From the NCBI GenBank assembly GCA_965218425.1, contig OZ244621.1, positions 2,496,001 through 2,560,000 on the forward strand: DNA of 64,000 nucleotides, given 5' to 3'. Origin of the DNA: an uncultured Candidatus Binatia bacterium. GTDB taxonomy: Bacteria; Desulfobacterota; Binatia; UBA9968; CAXXLF01. Shown here piece by piece: positions 40,696-51,598 of this stretch. The translations under genes were made by a program, and so were the position numbers. The stretch's first letter is position 1. Every line of letters begins with the position of its first letter. The notes below the pieces were generated by a model. It ran no database searches and had not been told where the DNA came from. It saw only the letters and a program-made list of their open reading frames with translations.

Positions 40696-41928
40696 ATGCC
40701 GCTGACAGATGTATCAATTCGTGCTGCTAAGCCGAGGCAGAAGACTTTCAAACTATTCGATAGTGGTGGGCTCTATCTAGAACTCAGCCCTGCTGGCGGG
40801 AAGTGGTGGCGGTGGAAATACCGATTCGGGGGCAAGGAGAAGCGGCTTTCCTTTGGGGTGTACCCGGACGTGAACCTGAAGGCGGCGCGCAAACGGCGCG
40901 ATGAGGCCCGTCAAAGGCTCGCCGATGGTATCGATCCGGGAGAAGCCCGCAAGGCGGAAAAACTCGCGCAGGCGGGTGCGGAGAGTTTTGAGGCCGTTGC
41001 CCGAGAGTGGCATGCGAAATTCTCGCCAGGATGGGTAGCGAGCCACGGCGACCGCATTTTGCGCCGGTTTGAAAAAGACCTGTTTCCCTGGTTGGGCAAG
41101 CGGCCCATCCTGGAAATCAAAGCGCCCGAGTTGCTGGCAGTGCTGCGACGTATCGAAAACCGGGGGGCACTGGAATCCGCTCACAGGGCGATGCAGAACT
41201 GCGGACAGGTTTTCCGTTACGCTGTGGCAACAGGCCGCGCGGAGCGCGATCTGACAGGCGATCTTCGTGGTGCCCTCCCTCCACCGAAAGAAAAGCACCA
41301 CGCCTCGATCCTCGAACCGAAGCGCATAGCCGAACTGCTCCGCGCCATGGATTCATATCAAGGTTATTACGTTACAAAATCCGCACTACGGCTGGCCCCT
41401 CTGGTCTTCGTCCGACCCGGTGAACTCCGCAAAGCACAATGGCCTGAGATTGACCTCGAAAAAGCCGAATGGAAGATCCCCGGCGAGCGGATGAAGATGC
41501 GCGAACAGCATATTGTGCCGCTATCCCGCCAGGCAATTGAGATCCTTAGTGAGTTGGAGCCGTTGACAAACCGAGAGATAGTCGCAAGGCCGAATGCGCC
41601 TCGTTATGTCTTTCCCAGCGCACGTGCGCATGAACGGCCAATGAGTGAAAACGCAATCCTGGCAGCGCTCCGGCGCATGGGCTACACTAAAGAAGAAATG
41701 ACCGGTCACGGCTTTCGCAGTATGGCGTCCACCCTTCTTCACGAGCAGGGCTGGAACCACCAGGTCATCGAACGCCAGCTTGCCCACGCCGAGCGTAACG
41801 CGGTGAGCGCAGCGTACAATTTTGCAGAGCACCTACCCGAGCGGCGAAAGATGATGCAAGCTTGGGCAGATTACCTTGACGGACTGAAGGCTGGGGCTGA
41901 AGTGATACCGTTGTTCAAGAAGGGGTAA
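40696..41928 (+). CDS. tyrosine integrase, P4/IntA family with arm-binding domain
   Basis: MPLTDVSIRAAKP...DSGGLYL...WRWKYRF arm domain; catalytic RPGE, HGFR, LAH and AYN. Confidence 0.95.
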   Translation: MPLTDVSIRAAKPRQKTFKLFDSGGLYLELSPAGGKWWRWKYRFGGKEKRLSFGVYPDVNLKAARKRRDEARQRLADGIDPGEARKAEKLAQAGAESFEAVAREWHAKFSPGWVASHGDRILRRFEKDLFPWLGKRPILEIKAPELLAVLRRIENRGALESAHRAMQNCGQVFRYAVATGRAERDLTGDLRGALPPPKEKHHASILEPKRIAELLRAMDSYQGYYVTKSALRLAPLVFVRPGELRKAQWPEIDLEKAEWKIPGERMKMREQHIVPLSRQAIEILSELEPLTNREIVARPNAPRYVFPSARAHERPMSENAILAALRRMGYTKEEMTGHGFRSMASTLLHEQGWNHQVIERQLAHAERNAVSAAYNFAEHLPERRKMMQAWADYLDGLKAGAEVIPLFKKG

Positions 41929-42094
41929 TAAGAGCGGTTCGTCTACATTAACTACCGTTGTTTTGAGATTCAGATGTTGGGTTTAGTTTTGAGCCTATTA
42001 GGGTAAATTTCGGCTGTCGCCGTATGCCGCCATTGGCTTGGAACCGATTCTCGTTGGAGGCGAGAACGTGGCTTGGGAAAATATTGGATCCTGC

Positions 42095-42297
42095 GGCATG
42101 GTCAGACTAACTGGATCGGACCTGTAAAACCTACAATCGAGCACTCTCAGGCTGCGAGTTGACGCCACTCGGCCAGGGCAGGGGCTCGGTCTTGTTTGAA
42201 AATGTCGCGGCTGTTGAGATGGCGTTCGTGGTTGAAGTGGTTGTGGATCGAGGCGTGGACGGAGGCGAACTTTTGCAAGGTCTTTACATTCCTGAAT
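42095..42297 (-). mobile_element. IS6-family remnant (transposase C-terminus plus one terminal IR)
   Basis: Minus strand reads FRNVKTLQKFASVHASIHNHFNHERHLNSRDIFKQDRAPALAEWRQLAA* (stop at 42147-42149); GGCATGGTCAGAC end at 42095. Confidence 0.7.
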
Positions 42298-42630
42298 GTG
42301 GCTATTGCATTCTTAAAAGCTAACGGATCTCGCTACGCGACTCAAGCCGATTTACTCTGACAACGCCCTTTTGGGGATTCCACAGGAATCTGAATCCTTG
42401 CGTTTTCGGCTAAATTGGCCAAAACTAGCGCTACAATCTCTAATGAAGAGTCGCATGCGGATCCTGAGATCGAAAGACACAAAATACGGCTTCGGACGGC
42501 TGATTGATTTCGCGGGACGGCCGAGCATGCGCGTCATCCTCGACCGCATCTGCGCCGAGAGCCGGGACGAGTCCGAGAAGGGGCGTTGGCCCGCAAGGCG
42601 TCTATCGGGTTCTGACGTACCCGCAATGGT

Positions 42631-45600
42631 GCTTGCCGGACTCGACGGGTTCAGGCCCGTCCAAAACGGTCTTGACAGCCGACGCTTCGCAGGCGTGGAT
42701 ATGCGCCATTGACGTGGTGAAAAATCGGCAAGTCCGACAGGCTGCTAGTTCAGAAATTGCAAGTGTAGGGGGACATGGCAAAGACTTACGAAGACTTGAA
42801 GGCATGGGCGCTGATCCTTGATGTCCAGGACGTATTTAACCTCTCACAGAACCTGGAGCTTTCTGGCAGGCAACGGAGCATAGCCTATAACACGGCAAAG
42901 AAGCTCAGAGCTGGCGGTATTCCTTCTTATAGGCAGCTGAAGGCGCTAGATGGCATCTATGACAGCTTGCGCAGCGCATCTCTTGCAGAAAAAGATAGTC
43001 ATCAAGGCAACCTAGGGGCTTATGCACAGACTGAGGCGACCGACATAGACATCAAACACCTTTGTCTGCGCATTGCCTGGCACGATAACAAGTGGAATGG
43101 CACCATCTGCAAGAAACCGGCCGAGAACGACTATTGTGTTGGTGAATACTCTCTGCTATCAGATCGAATCCGCCGTCGCCGCGATCTGGACATCGAATCG
43201 AAGACGGGTTGCAGCTCCTGTAAGGCGGACGCCGCTGAGCTTGGCGAGTATCAGCCACCATGCTTTTGGTCCATAAATACCTTTGGACCTGAGCCACTGC
43301 GCTTTAAGCACGATAACCCCGTAGCCTCCGATTTTCCGACTATCGAAGAGGCGCTCCCACCTTATTCGGTCATAACCTGGCCATTCAATTTGGCATTCGT
43401 AAAGGACGAGAAAGAAAGAAAGAAGTACAGCGGCAACTACTATCCCAAGAGAATCTTCGAGAACAGAATCCGGCTGTTTCAGCGCAACTTACGGTCCGGG
43501 CAGAGTGTTGTCTTCACCTACTGTAATTACAGCAATCCTGTCTCCGGCGAGGAGATGAAATACCTCGTCACGGGCTGTGCCCTGTTGGCTGAGCAAGGCA
43601 AGCCTCAGCACTTCAATATCAGTGAAGAAACGCTCGCAAAAAAGGCAATGGAATTGAAGCAACCCAATTTTCCATCAATGAACTGGGCCTTGCGTTACAC
43701 CCTAGATATACAGGATACAGGAGTTCGCATTCCATACCATGAATACCTGGATTTGCTCAACAGAGAAGGGGGCATTGGTGAAGACCTGCTTGCTAAGATC
43801 GCAGTAACGATTGATGAACCAGAGCTTCGTTATGGTTTTACATACGTCGCAAAGCACATTGATGATGATCAGGCCATCTATCTGCTTACCAAGATCAGAC
43901 GCAGCCTTCTTGAGGTCAAAGAGCACGGTGTCATCGACACCTCACAAACAGATGTGCAGATCGGGAGAGCCGAAAAGTTGATCGCCCACACGTGGGAAAA
44001 GCGCGGTTATTTGCCGGGTCTGAAGTGCCTCCTACTGGGAGTACCCGGTGTAAGAGAGAACTATCAAGATTGCGTATCAGAGCTTGTCGAGACGCTCGAC
44101 CTCTCGGATCAGGAAGAAGTGTCAGGGCTCATTGGCGCACTTTCCGGGGAACCAAGCGCGCATAGTGATAAGTTCGCTGGCCTTCTGTTAGAAGTCCAAG
44201 ACTTCATGGATGAGCATGATCTCATCAGCAAGAATGTGTTACGACTTGCAAGCCTAAATCTCACCACTCATCAGTTCGCAAGGATTATCCGTAAGGAGGG
44301 AATTGGGCACTCGCTGGTAGAGATCGCCGAAAACCCGTACTTGCTCTTCGAGTACTACGAGCCGGGTGAAGAGCTGGAGGCATCGCTGACAGGCGAAAAG
44401 ATTGATGGCCCCATCGACCTGTTCAAGATCGATATTGCGCTGCTACCGCTCGCAAAATATCAGAACCGTAATCACCACCTTCATGACTTGAGGGCAACGG
44501 ACCACCGGCGCCTCAGAGCGGTGATTACCGAAATCCTAAAGAATAGAGAAAATAGCGGGGACTGTTTCCTAGACGTCGAGGAGGTAATTCAGGAGGCAGA
44601 ATCCTACTCACTTTTCTACAAAGTGGATACGCCGTACACGGTAGACCCACATATTAGGGAACCGAACGCGGAGGCGGAACATCACTTTCGGCAAAAGCTA
44701 GTCATACGGCGGGTCGATGGCCGAATGTACTACTACCTTAAGGAGTTGTTCAAGGACGAGAGATTTGTCCGTGAGTTCATCAATGAACTCATTGGGCGCT
44801 CTGATCACGGCATATCAGCCAAGGTACTAGAAGCAGATTTGCCTTCCGCTATTTCGATGCTGAGAGAGAAAGTCGGTCCCGTGTTCGATGCCGAGCTGTT
44901 TCAGGCGGAGAGGGAGCTACTGTATTGCCGTGTCGGGTCCAAATCCTTTTTTGTCATCACTGGTTTACCCGGTGCGGGCAAATCGTATGAGTTGCTCAAA
45001 CTAATTCACTTTTTCAATTCACAAGGCGAGGGGAACCTCGTCTTATCATTTACGGGTAAAGCGGTACTACGGCTTAAGAATAACGAAGAAGGTATTGCCT
45101 CGGTTAACGCAAAGACAATAGACAAGTTTCTGACGGAAGAGGAGGGAGTTAGAGCACAAGCGGCTACGAGCGTGATTCACAACCTCATCATCGATGAGGC
45201 GTCCATGGTGAATCTGCCGAAGTTGGCTGCCGTGTTACGCTACATTAACAAGAAGCATCTGAAGCGACTGATCCTTGTCGGCGACCCCAATCAGTTACCG
45301 CCGATTGGCTTTGGCAAGCCATTTTCGGATATCGTCGAGATGATGTTAGAGGACCCCAAGGCCTTCGGAGAATACGGCGTGAAGTTGGAAGTTAACTGTC
45401 GTGCCAAGATGAGCGATGGGTTCATTGGATTTTCGAGAGTATTTTCCAATGAGAGTAAATTCTCAGAGGGCTATCTCGCGGAGACATTAGGGGAAGGGCT
45501 GATCTGCGATAGAAGTGTTGAGTTGGTGTTCTGGGCATCACGCGAAGAGCTACGAGAAAAGCTTGCTTCGAAGGTGACCGACCTTCTACGTGGTAAGGGG

Positions 45601-46852
45601 CTTGATCGTTCTGAACTGCCACGGTTTCTTGGTATTGATGGCGCGTCGAGCAAACCCAGCCATCTCGAGCGCTTTCAGGTTCTATCGCCTTATCGGAACG
45701 GCTATTACGGAGCGTCGGGCTTAAACCTGTTTTTTCAGGATGAACTCAGACCGGAAGCCGATCTCAAGGAAAGGATAGGAGAAAAGGTATTCAAGCTGTC
45801 TGATAAGGTGATGCATACCCAGAACGAGTACCGGAAGAACGAGCTTTTAGTCTCCAATGGCTCATTGGGAGCGACGCTCCGTAATGGCCATGTTTTCTTT
45901 CTTGAGCATGACATGCCGTTGAAGATTAACGCGCTTCGCACTTCAAATGCCCTGGAGCTGGCATACGCAATTACTGTCCATAAATCTCAGGGCAGCGGGT
46001 TCAACCACGTGTTCATTATCCTGCCCAAGCAGGCGATGTATTCGCATCGTGAGCTGCTCTATACGGCTTTAACCCGAGCACGAAATCAGGTTACCCTGCT
46101 TATACAGCAGGGCGGAAAGATCCCGGACGTACCCGCCTTTCTGGACAAGATTAGGTCGCAGAGCGCAGTCGTTGGCAGGAGGACTAGCTTATTCTCGGAA
46201 GGAGGCGAGCGCTATGCCTACGTTCCCGATAAGGGCGTTATCGTTAAGAGCCGAGTCGAATACATTATCTATCGGAAACTTCTTGACGCCCGTGAAAAGC
46301 ACGGGAATTTTTTGTTTTTTTACGAGAATACCTATAAGGTGGAAGGCCGAAGCTTTAATATCCATCCGGATTTTGAACTCAAATTCTTAGACGGTCGTGT
46401 GGTGTACTGGGAACATCTTGGCCTAGTGACCAGCAAGTCCTACAAGAGTGACTGGGATAAGCGACGCAAGATTTACGAAGACCAAAACGACTTTGACAAG
46501 GTCCTGACTACAGATGAGCTGAGTGGTATCAGCGATATGAAGATTGAGCAGATCATCGACAGGGTCATTTCGAATAAACTGGTCTCAGAAGATAGTTCTG
46601 ACAGATATTCGACATTGCATTTTTCTCTTCGATAAGGAAGAGGTGGTGACGCTGGCTTATCACTGTACGCGATTAAACAACATGAGGCTGGTGTGAATGG
46701 GTAACAAGACGCTTCTTGCCCACCCTATTAGTGGCCCGCCAATAGCGTTTACCGGACGCGACAGATTCCGGCATACCGGAAACGGTTTCACCAGCCGGCG
46801 CCTCGCATGGCGTGGATATGCGCCATGCCCGTGGCGAAAAACCAGCAAGTCC
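42631..46852. repeat. imperfect ~105-bp direct repeats (42631-42735 and 46747-46852) flanking the helicase-nuclease gene
   Basis: Copies align nearly colinearly; shared core GGCGTGGATATGCGCCAT..CGTGG.GAAAAA.C.GCAAGTCC. Confidence 0.7.
42775..46635 (+). CDS. RecD-like SF1B helicase fused to an N-terminal Cys-rich domain and a C-terminal PD-(D/E)xK/Vsr-like nuclease domain
   Basis: Walker A GLPGAGKS, IIDEASM, LVGDPNQLPPI, YAITVHKSQGS and LLYTALTRAR; C-terminal KSRVEYII...HPDFEL...YWEHLG; N-terminal WHDNKWNGTICKKP. Confidence 0.85.
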   Translation: MAKTYEDLKAWALILDVQDVFNLSQNLELSGRQRSIAYNTAKKLRAGGIPSYRQLKALDGIYDSLRSASLAEKDSHQGNLGAYAQTEATDIDIKHLCLRIAWHDNKWNGTICKKPAENDYCVGEYSLLSDRIRRRRDLDIESKTGCSSCKADAAELGEYQPPCFWSINTFGPEPLRFKHDNPVASDFPTIEEALPPYSVITWPFNLAFVKDEKERKKYSGNYYPKRIFENRIRLFQRNLRSGQSVVFTYCNYSNPVSGEEMKYLVTGCALLAEQGKPQHFNISEETLAKKAMELKQPNFPSMNWALRYTLDIQDTGVRIPYHEYLDLLNREGGIGEDLLAKIAVTIDEPELRYGFTYVAKHIDDDQAIYLLTKIRRSLLEVKEHGVIDTSQTDVQIGRAEKLIAHTWEKRGYLPGLKCLLLGVPGVRENYQDCVSELVETLDLSDQEEVSGLIGALSGEPSAHSDKFAGLLLEVQDFMDEHDLISKNVLRLASLNLTTHQFARIIRKEGIGHSLVEIAENPYLLFEYYEPGEELEASLTGEKIDGPIDLFKIDIALLPLAKYQNRNHHLHDLRATDHRRLRAVITEILKNRENSGDCFLDVEEVIQEAESYSLFYKVDTPYTVDPHIREPNAEAEHHFRQKLVIRRVDGRMYYYLKELFKDERFVREFINELIGRSDHGISAKVLEADLPSAISMLREKVGPVFDAELFQAERELLYCRVGSKSFFVITGLPGAGKSYELLKLIHFFNSQGEGNLVLSFTGKAVLRLKNNEEGIASVNAKTIDKFLTEEEGVRAQAATSVIHNLIIDEASMVNLPKLAAVLRYINKKHLKRLILVGDPNQLPPIGFGKPFSDIVEMMLEDPKAFGEYGVKLEVNCRAKMSDGFIGFSRVFSNESKFSEGYLAETLGEGLICDRSVELVFWASREELREKLASKVTDLLRGKGLDRSELPRFLGIDGASSKPSHLERFQVLSPYRNGYYGASGLNLFFQDELRPEADLKERIGEKVFKLSDKVMHTQNEYRKNELLVSNGSLGATLRNGHVFFLEHDMPLKINALRTSNALELAYAITVHKSQGSGFNHVFIILPKQAMYSHRELLYTALTRARNQVTLLIQQGGKIPDVPAFLDKIRSQSAVVGRRTSLFSEGGERYAYVPDKGVIVKSRVEYIIYRKLLDAREKHGNFLFFYENTYKVEGRSFNIHPDFELKFLDGRVVYWEHLGLVTSKSYKSDWDKRRKIYEDQNDFDKVLTTDELSGISDMKIEQIIDRVISNKLVSEDSSDRYSTLHFSLR

Positions 46853-47509
46853 ATACCGACCCGCAGCAGGCGTTGAATGCTACCCTACTCGGGAGCCTCG
46901 GACACACGGCCTCCAGGGTCAATCACTCGTCAATCTATCCGCGAACATCTTCGACGATCCAATGGATTCCCGTTCAGAAAGAGGGATACAAAGAGGGAAC
47001 TACGATTGGTTTATAGAAAATATATATTTTGTTATGAATTAGTTACAGTCAATAAGTAGTAGAGGAATGTAAAATGACATGGAAGGGTCGATTCACAAAA
47101 ATCCCCCCCTTGACGATTCACACGTAGTGATCGGGTTATGCCGTGTCTTTTCTTTGATGTACATCTCCGTGCCCGGCCCTCCTGCGGATGATTGGGCGAC
47201 ACAGAGGCGGACGGGAGCGACCCCCCTTTTCGAGGTCCCGGTTCGAGCGTGGTACGGGGCGGGTTTTCACAAACACCGCCCCGTCCTTGCGGGATCGCCC
47301 CCGTCTCTAAATCAATCTCTGCGGGAAGGCAATTGGATCGACAACAATACCTGACTTGGGCTGATGTCCGTGAGGGCAACGCAAGCGCGCTTCCCACGAA
47401 CTGGGCCGTTGTGCCTTGGTGGGCTGCAATAAGGTGGTGGATCGAGCGACTCGAACTTGGTCATCACGTTGAAGCTCACGGCTGACGACCCTGTGCTCTG
47501 GGGTGACTG

Positions 47510-50500
47510 ATGAATGCCGTTGAGATAGAAGAAGCCATTTCGGATCTCGCGCGGGAGCCTTTCGTCCCGGTCGAGTTTCCTTTCGCGTTCCTTGAAGCTT
47601 TCGGGAACAAGGCGACCACCATCAAGCGTCTGCGCTCCGGCGCAACGAACAACTCCGACGTTGGCGGAGTTCTCCAGCGCAGCAACATTCACATCAAGGT
47701 ATCCCCCGAAGGCGAAGCAGCGGTCACGCTGGCCGCGCTGAAAGCCAGCTCGGCAACAACCCGTTACAAGGTGAAATTCGTCCTCGCCACTGATGGGAAG
47801 GATTTCCAGGCCGAAGACTTGAACAGCGACGAGGTCGTCGTCTGCGACTATGTCGATTTCCCCGATCATTTTGGATTCTTTCTGCCACTTGCCGGAATCA
47901 CGACCGTCAAGTAGATCCGCGAGAGTACTTTCGACATCAAGGCGACCGGGCGGCTGAACCGGCTCTATGTCGAGTTGCTGAAGGACAACCCCGACTGGGG
48001 TGTCATGGATAGCCAGCATGAGATGAACCATTTCATGGCGCGGTTGATCTTCTGCTTCTTCGCCGAGGATACGGATATCTTCACCGGCAAAAGCCTCTTC
48101 ACTCGGACGATCGAGGAAATGAGCGCTGGGGATGGCTCGAACACCCACGAGGTAGTCGGCGAGATCTTCCGCGCCATGAACACCGGTGCAAAGGAGCGCG
48201 AGGGGGCAAGCATCCACCGTTGGGCCGAGGTGTTCCCGTACGTGAACGGTGGACTCTTCTCGGACTCGACGGAGGTGCCCCGGTTCAGCCGAATCGCGCG
48301 GTCCTACCTGCTCCACATGGGCAATCTTGACTGGACAAAGATCAACCCCGACATCTTCGGGTCGATGATCCAAGCGGTCGCCGATGACGACGAACGCGGT
48401 GCTTTGGGTATGCACTACACCAGCGTGCCGAACATTCTGAAGGTGCTCAATCCCCTCTTCCTCGATGATCTGCGACAGAAGCTCGAAGAGGCCGGAGACA
48501 ACAGCCGCAAGCTCCTGAATCTACGCAACCGCTTGGCCCGGGTTAGGGTGTTCGACCCGGCCTGTGGTTCCGGCAATTTCCTGGTGATCGCCTATAAGGA
48601 AATGCGAGCGATTGAAGCGGAGATCAACAAGCGCCGACGGGAGAATGAGCACCAGTCGGTCATCCCACTGACTAACTTTCGTGGGATTGAGATTAGGGAT
48701 TTCCCGGCCGAGATTGCACGGCTCGCTCTGATCATCGCCGAGTATCAGTGCAACGTGCTCTACCGCGGGCAACGAGAAGCGCTGGCCGAGTTTCTTCCGC
48801 TCGACGCCATGAACTGGATCACGTGTGGCAATGCACTGCAGATTGACTGGCAGAGCATCTGCCCGCCCACAGGGACCGGAGTAAAGCACCATTCCGATGA
48901 TCTTTTTCGCACCCCGATCGATCAGGCAGAGATCGACTTCGAGAACGAAGGAGGGGAAACCTATATCTGTGGAAACCCACCTTACCGTGGAAGCACATGG
49001 CAATCCAAGGAGCAGAAAACTCATCTTCGGAAGATATTCGAAGGCCGTGTGGCGCACTGGAAGTCGCTCGATTATGTCTCGGGGTGGTTCATGAAGGCGG
49101 CGGATTACGGGGCGATTACTCATTCGGTGTCGGCCTTCGTGACCACCAATTCGATTAACCAGGGGCAACAGGCCGCAATCCTTTGGCCCACGATCTTTGC
49201 CACGGGGCATGAGATTGCGTTCGCCCACACCAGTTTCAAATGGGCCAATCTCGCCAGCTATAACGCGGGGGTGACCGTCGTAATCGTGGGGATTTCCAAC
49301 GCCGCCGGGCCGGTTCGGAAGCTGTTTTCTGTTGGAGAAGACGGCGAGACGATCCGTCGAGAGGCCGAGAATATTAATGCCTACTTGGTGGTGACCTGCC
49401 CCCAGGAGTGGTACCACCCTTTAAGTTAGAGCCGGAATTATCTGGAGTCCAGCCCATGGGGATGAATTCCCAGCCTGCGCTCTGGGCAGAAAGGCCTCCG
49501 GTGCCGGAGAACGATAGCCCAGGGCGCTGTGAGGCCGCCGCTGGTTATACTCTCTTCTCCATCTTTCGATCAGCACCTGAGCTTCCCTCAGGGTTTCAAA
49601 CACCTCCCGGTTGAGCAGCTCATCCCTGAGTTTTCCGTTAAAACTCTCCACGTAGCCATTCTCCCAAGGACTGCCAGGCTCGATGTAGAGTGTCCTGACA
49701 CCAATGGCCTTGAGCCAGTCCCGGATAGCCTGAGCCGTAAACTCGGGGCCATTGTCGGACCGAAGGGACTGCGGCACGCCCCGTTCCACGAATAGCTCCG
49801 CTAACCGTTCCAGCACATCCCGGTGATTCATCCGTCTGGCCACATCAATCGCCAAGCACTCCCGGGTGTATTCATCCAGGATGCTCAACAGCCGAAAGGC
49901 CCGACCGTCTTCGGTTCGCTCGTGCACGAAGTCATAACTCCACACATGGTTTCGATGCGCCGGTCTCAGGCGAATGCAGGAGCCATCAGTCAACCGGAGC
50001 CTCCCTCGCTTAGGCTGACGGCTGAGGACTTTCAGCCCTTCCTGCCTCCAGAGCCTCTCCACTCGCTTGTGGTTGACCTTCCACCCCTCCCCACGCAGCA
50101 TGGCCGTAATCCTCCGGTAGCCGTATCGCCCGTATTCGCTGGCCAGCTCCATCATCCGAGCCACTAGTCTTGCTTCCTCTTCCGGGATCTCTCGGACTCT
50201 TCGTTGCGTCGATCGCGGCTGTCCCAACACTTGGCAAGCCCGGCGTTCGGAGACTCGATCAGGTCCCAATCTTTCTCTGGCCCATATCACCGCTCGTCTC
50301 CTCTTCGCCGGGCCTAGAAGTTTCCCGAGGACACTTCCTTCAGGATCTGGTTGTCCAGCGATAGATCCGCCACCAGCTTCTTCAACCGCGCATTCTCCTT
50401 GTCCAAGGCCTTGAGCCTCTTGGCCTGATCCATCTTTAGGCCTCCATATTCCTTCCTCCACCGGTAGTAGGTCTGCACGGTTACCCCCACCTGCTTGCAC

Positions 50501-51535
50501 ACCTGGCCCACCGCCTTCCCTTGGGCCAAGCTCACCTCCGCCTCACGCAGCTTGAGGATAATCTGCTCGGCCGTAAATCGCTTTCTTGCCATCCTTGCCT
50601 CCTTCCTAAAATCAAAATCCCTAACATTTCACCTGGACTCGTTTTAGGGGGCAAGGTCAGTGGCAGGTGCGAACGTGATCGTGAGCAAGGCTTCCAAGCC
50701 TTTGACTGAGTTGGCCGGTATGACCTTTGGCAACAAGCCTGTTGATGGCGGAAACCTGCTGCTGACCCGCGATGAAGTGGGGGGGGTCGGCCTGGCCCCC
50801 GGCCAGGAGGCACTCTTCATCCGGCGCATCTACGGTTCGGCCGAGTTCATTCGGGGTCTGTCTCGGTATTGCCTCTGGATCGAGGACCAGCATCTGGATG
50901 AGGCATTGGAGATTCCGTCGATCCGTGAGCGCGTTGAAGCAGTGCGCGCTATGCGGCTTACAAGTGAAAAAGTGGCAACGCGAATGATTGCGGACAGTGC
51001 GCACAGATTCGGCGAAGTTCGTCAGTCCGGATCGGAGACGGCAATCGTCGTTCCGCGCGTTTCTTCGGAGAATCGCCCATATCTCCCGGTCGGCTTGGTA
51101 GCAGGCGGCACGATCATAGGAGACCGAAATTTCGCTCTCTACGACGCTCCGCTCTGGAACATGGCGCTGATCGCATCACGGCTTCATTGGGTCTGGATCG
51201 GCACGGTTTGTGTTCGTTTGGAAATGAGGTTTTCCTACTCCAACACCCTTGGCTGGAACACTTTCCCCGTACCGACGCTCACCGAGAAGAACCGGGCGGA
51301 TCTGACAGCTTGCGCCGAGAACATCCTGTTGGCGCGCGAGGCGCAATTCCCCGCGACGATCGCTGATCTCTACGACTCCGAGCATATACCGGACAATCTG
51401 CGCGCCGCCCATGACCGCAACGACGAGGTGTTGGAACGCATCTACATCGGACGCCGCTTCAGGAACGATACGGAGCGTCTGGAAAAGCTGTTTGAGATGT
51501 ACACGAAGATGGCGAGCAACGGGACGGTTGCCTGA
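47510..51535 (+). pseudogene. YeeA/DnmA-like (MmeI-family) N6-adenine DNA methyltransferase, broken by an in-frame TAG and an IS3 insertion
   Basis: GMHYTS, DPACGSGNF (motif I), GNPPY (motif IV) and an MmeI-like TRD in 50660-51535; TAG at 47912-47914; removing the IS and one GTGG restores ...NAYLVAGANV... and a 918-codon frame. Confidence 0.9.
49392..50659 (-). mobile_element. IS3-family element (IS407-like), 1,268 bp, with 4-bp target duplication GTGG
   Basis: Ends TGACCTGCCCCC and GGGGGCAAGGTCA; orfA 50314-50592 (HTH) and orfB ([22 protein letters not shown]) overlapping near GGGAAACT; GTGG on both flanks. Confidence 0.95.
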
Positions 51536-51545
51536 CCACGTCCAG

Positions 51546-51590
51546 TTGACTGGATTGGGTCAATCTGTCATAACTCAAATGAGATACAGG
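51546..51590 (+). promoter_or_regulatory. putative promoter/operator of the dinJ-yafQ pair
   Basis: TTGACT -35 element; inverted repeats GATTG/CAATC and CTCA-AA-TGAG just upstream of the RBS. Confidence 0.45.
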
Positions 51591-51598
51591 AGACATAA

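Noticed and set aside
47912..47914. In-frame TAG as pyrrolysine or stop-codon recoding
   Set aside because: TAG ends many normal genes here (purS, purF, ftsZ, gshA), no pyl genes are seen, and the same gene is also IS-disrupted
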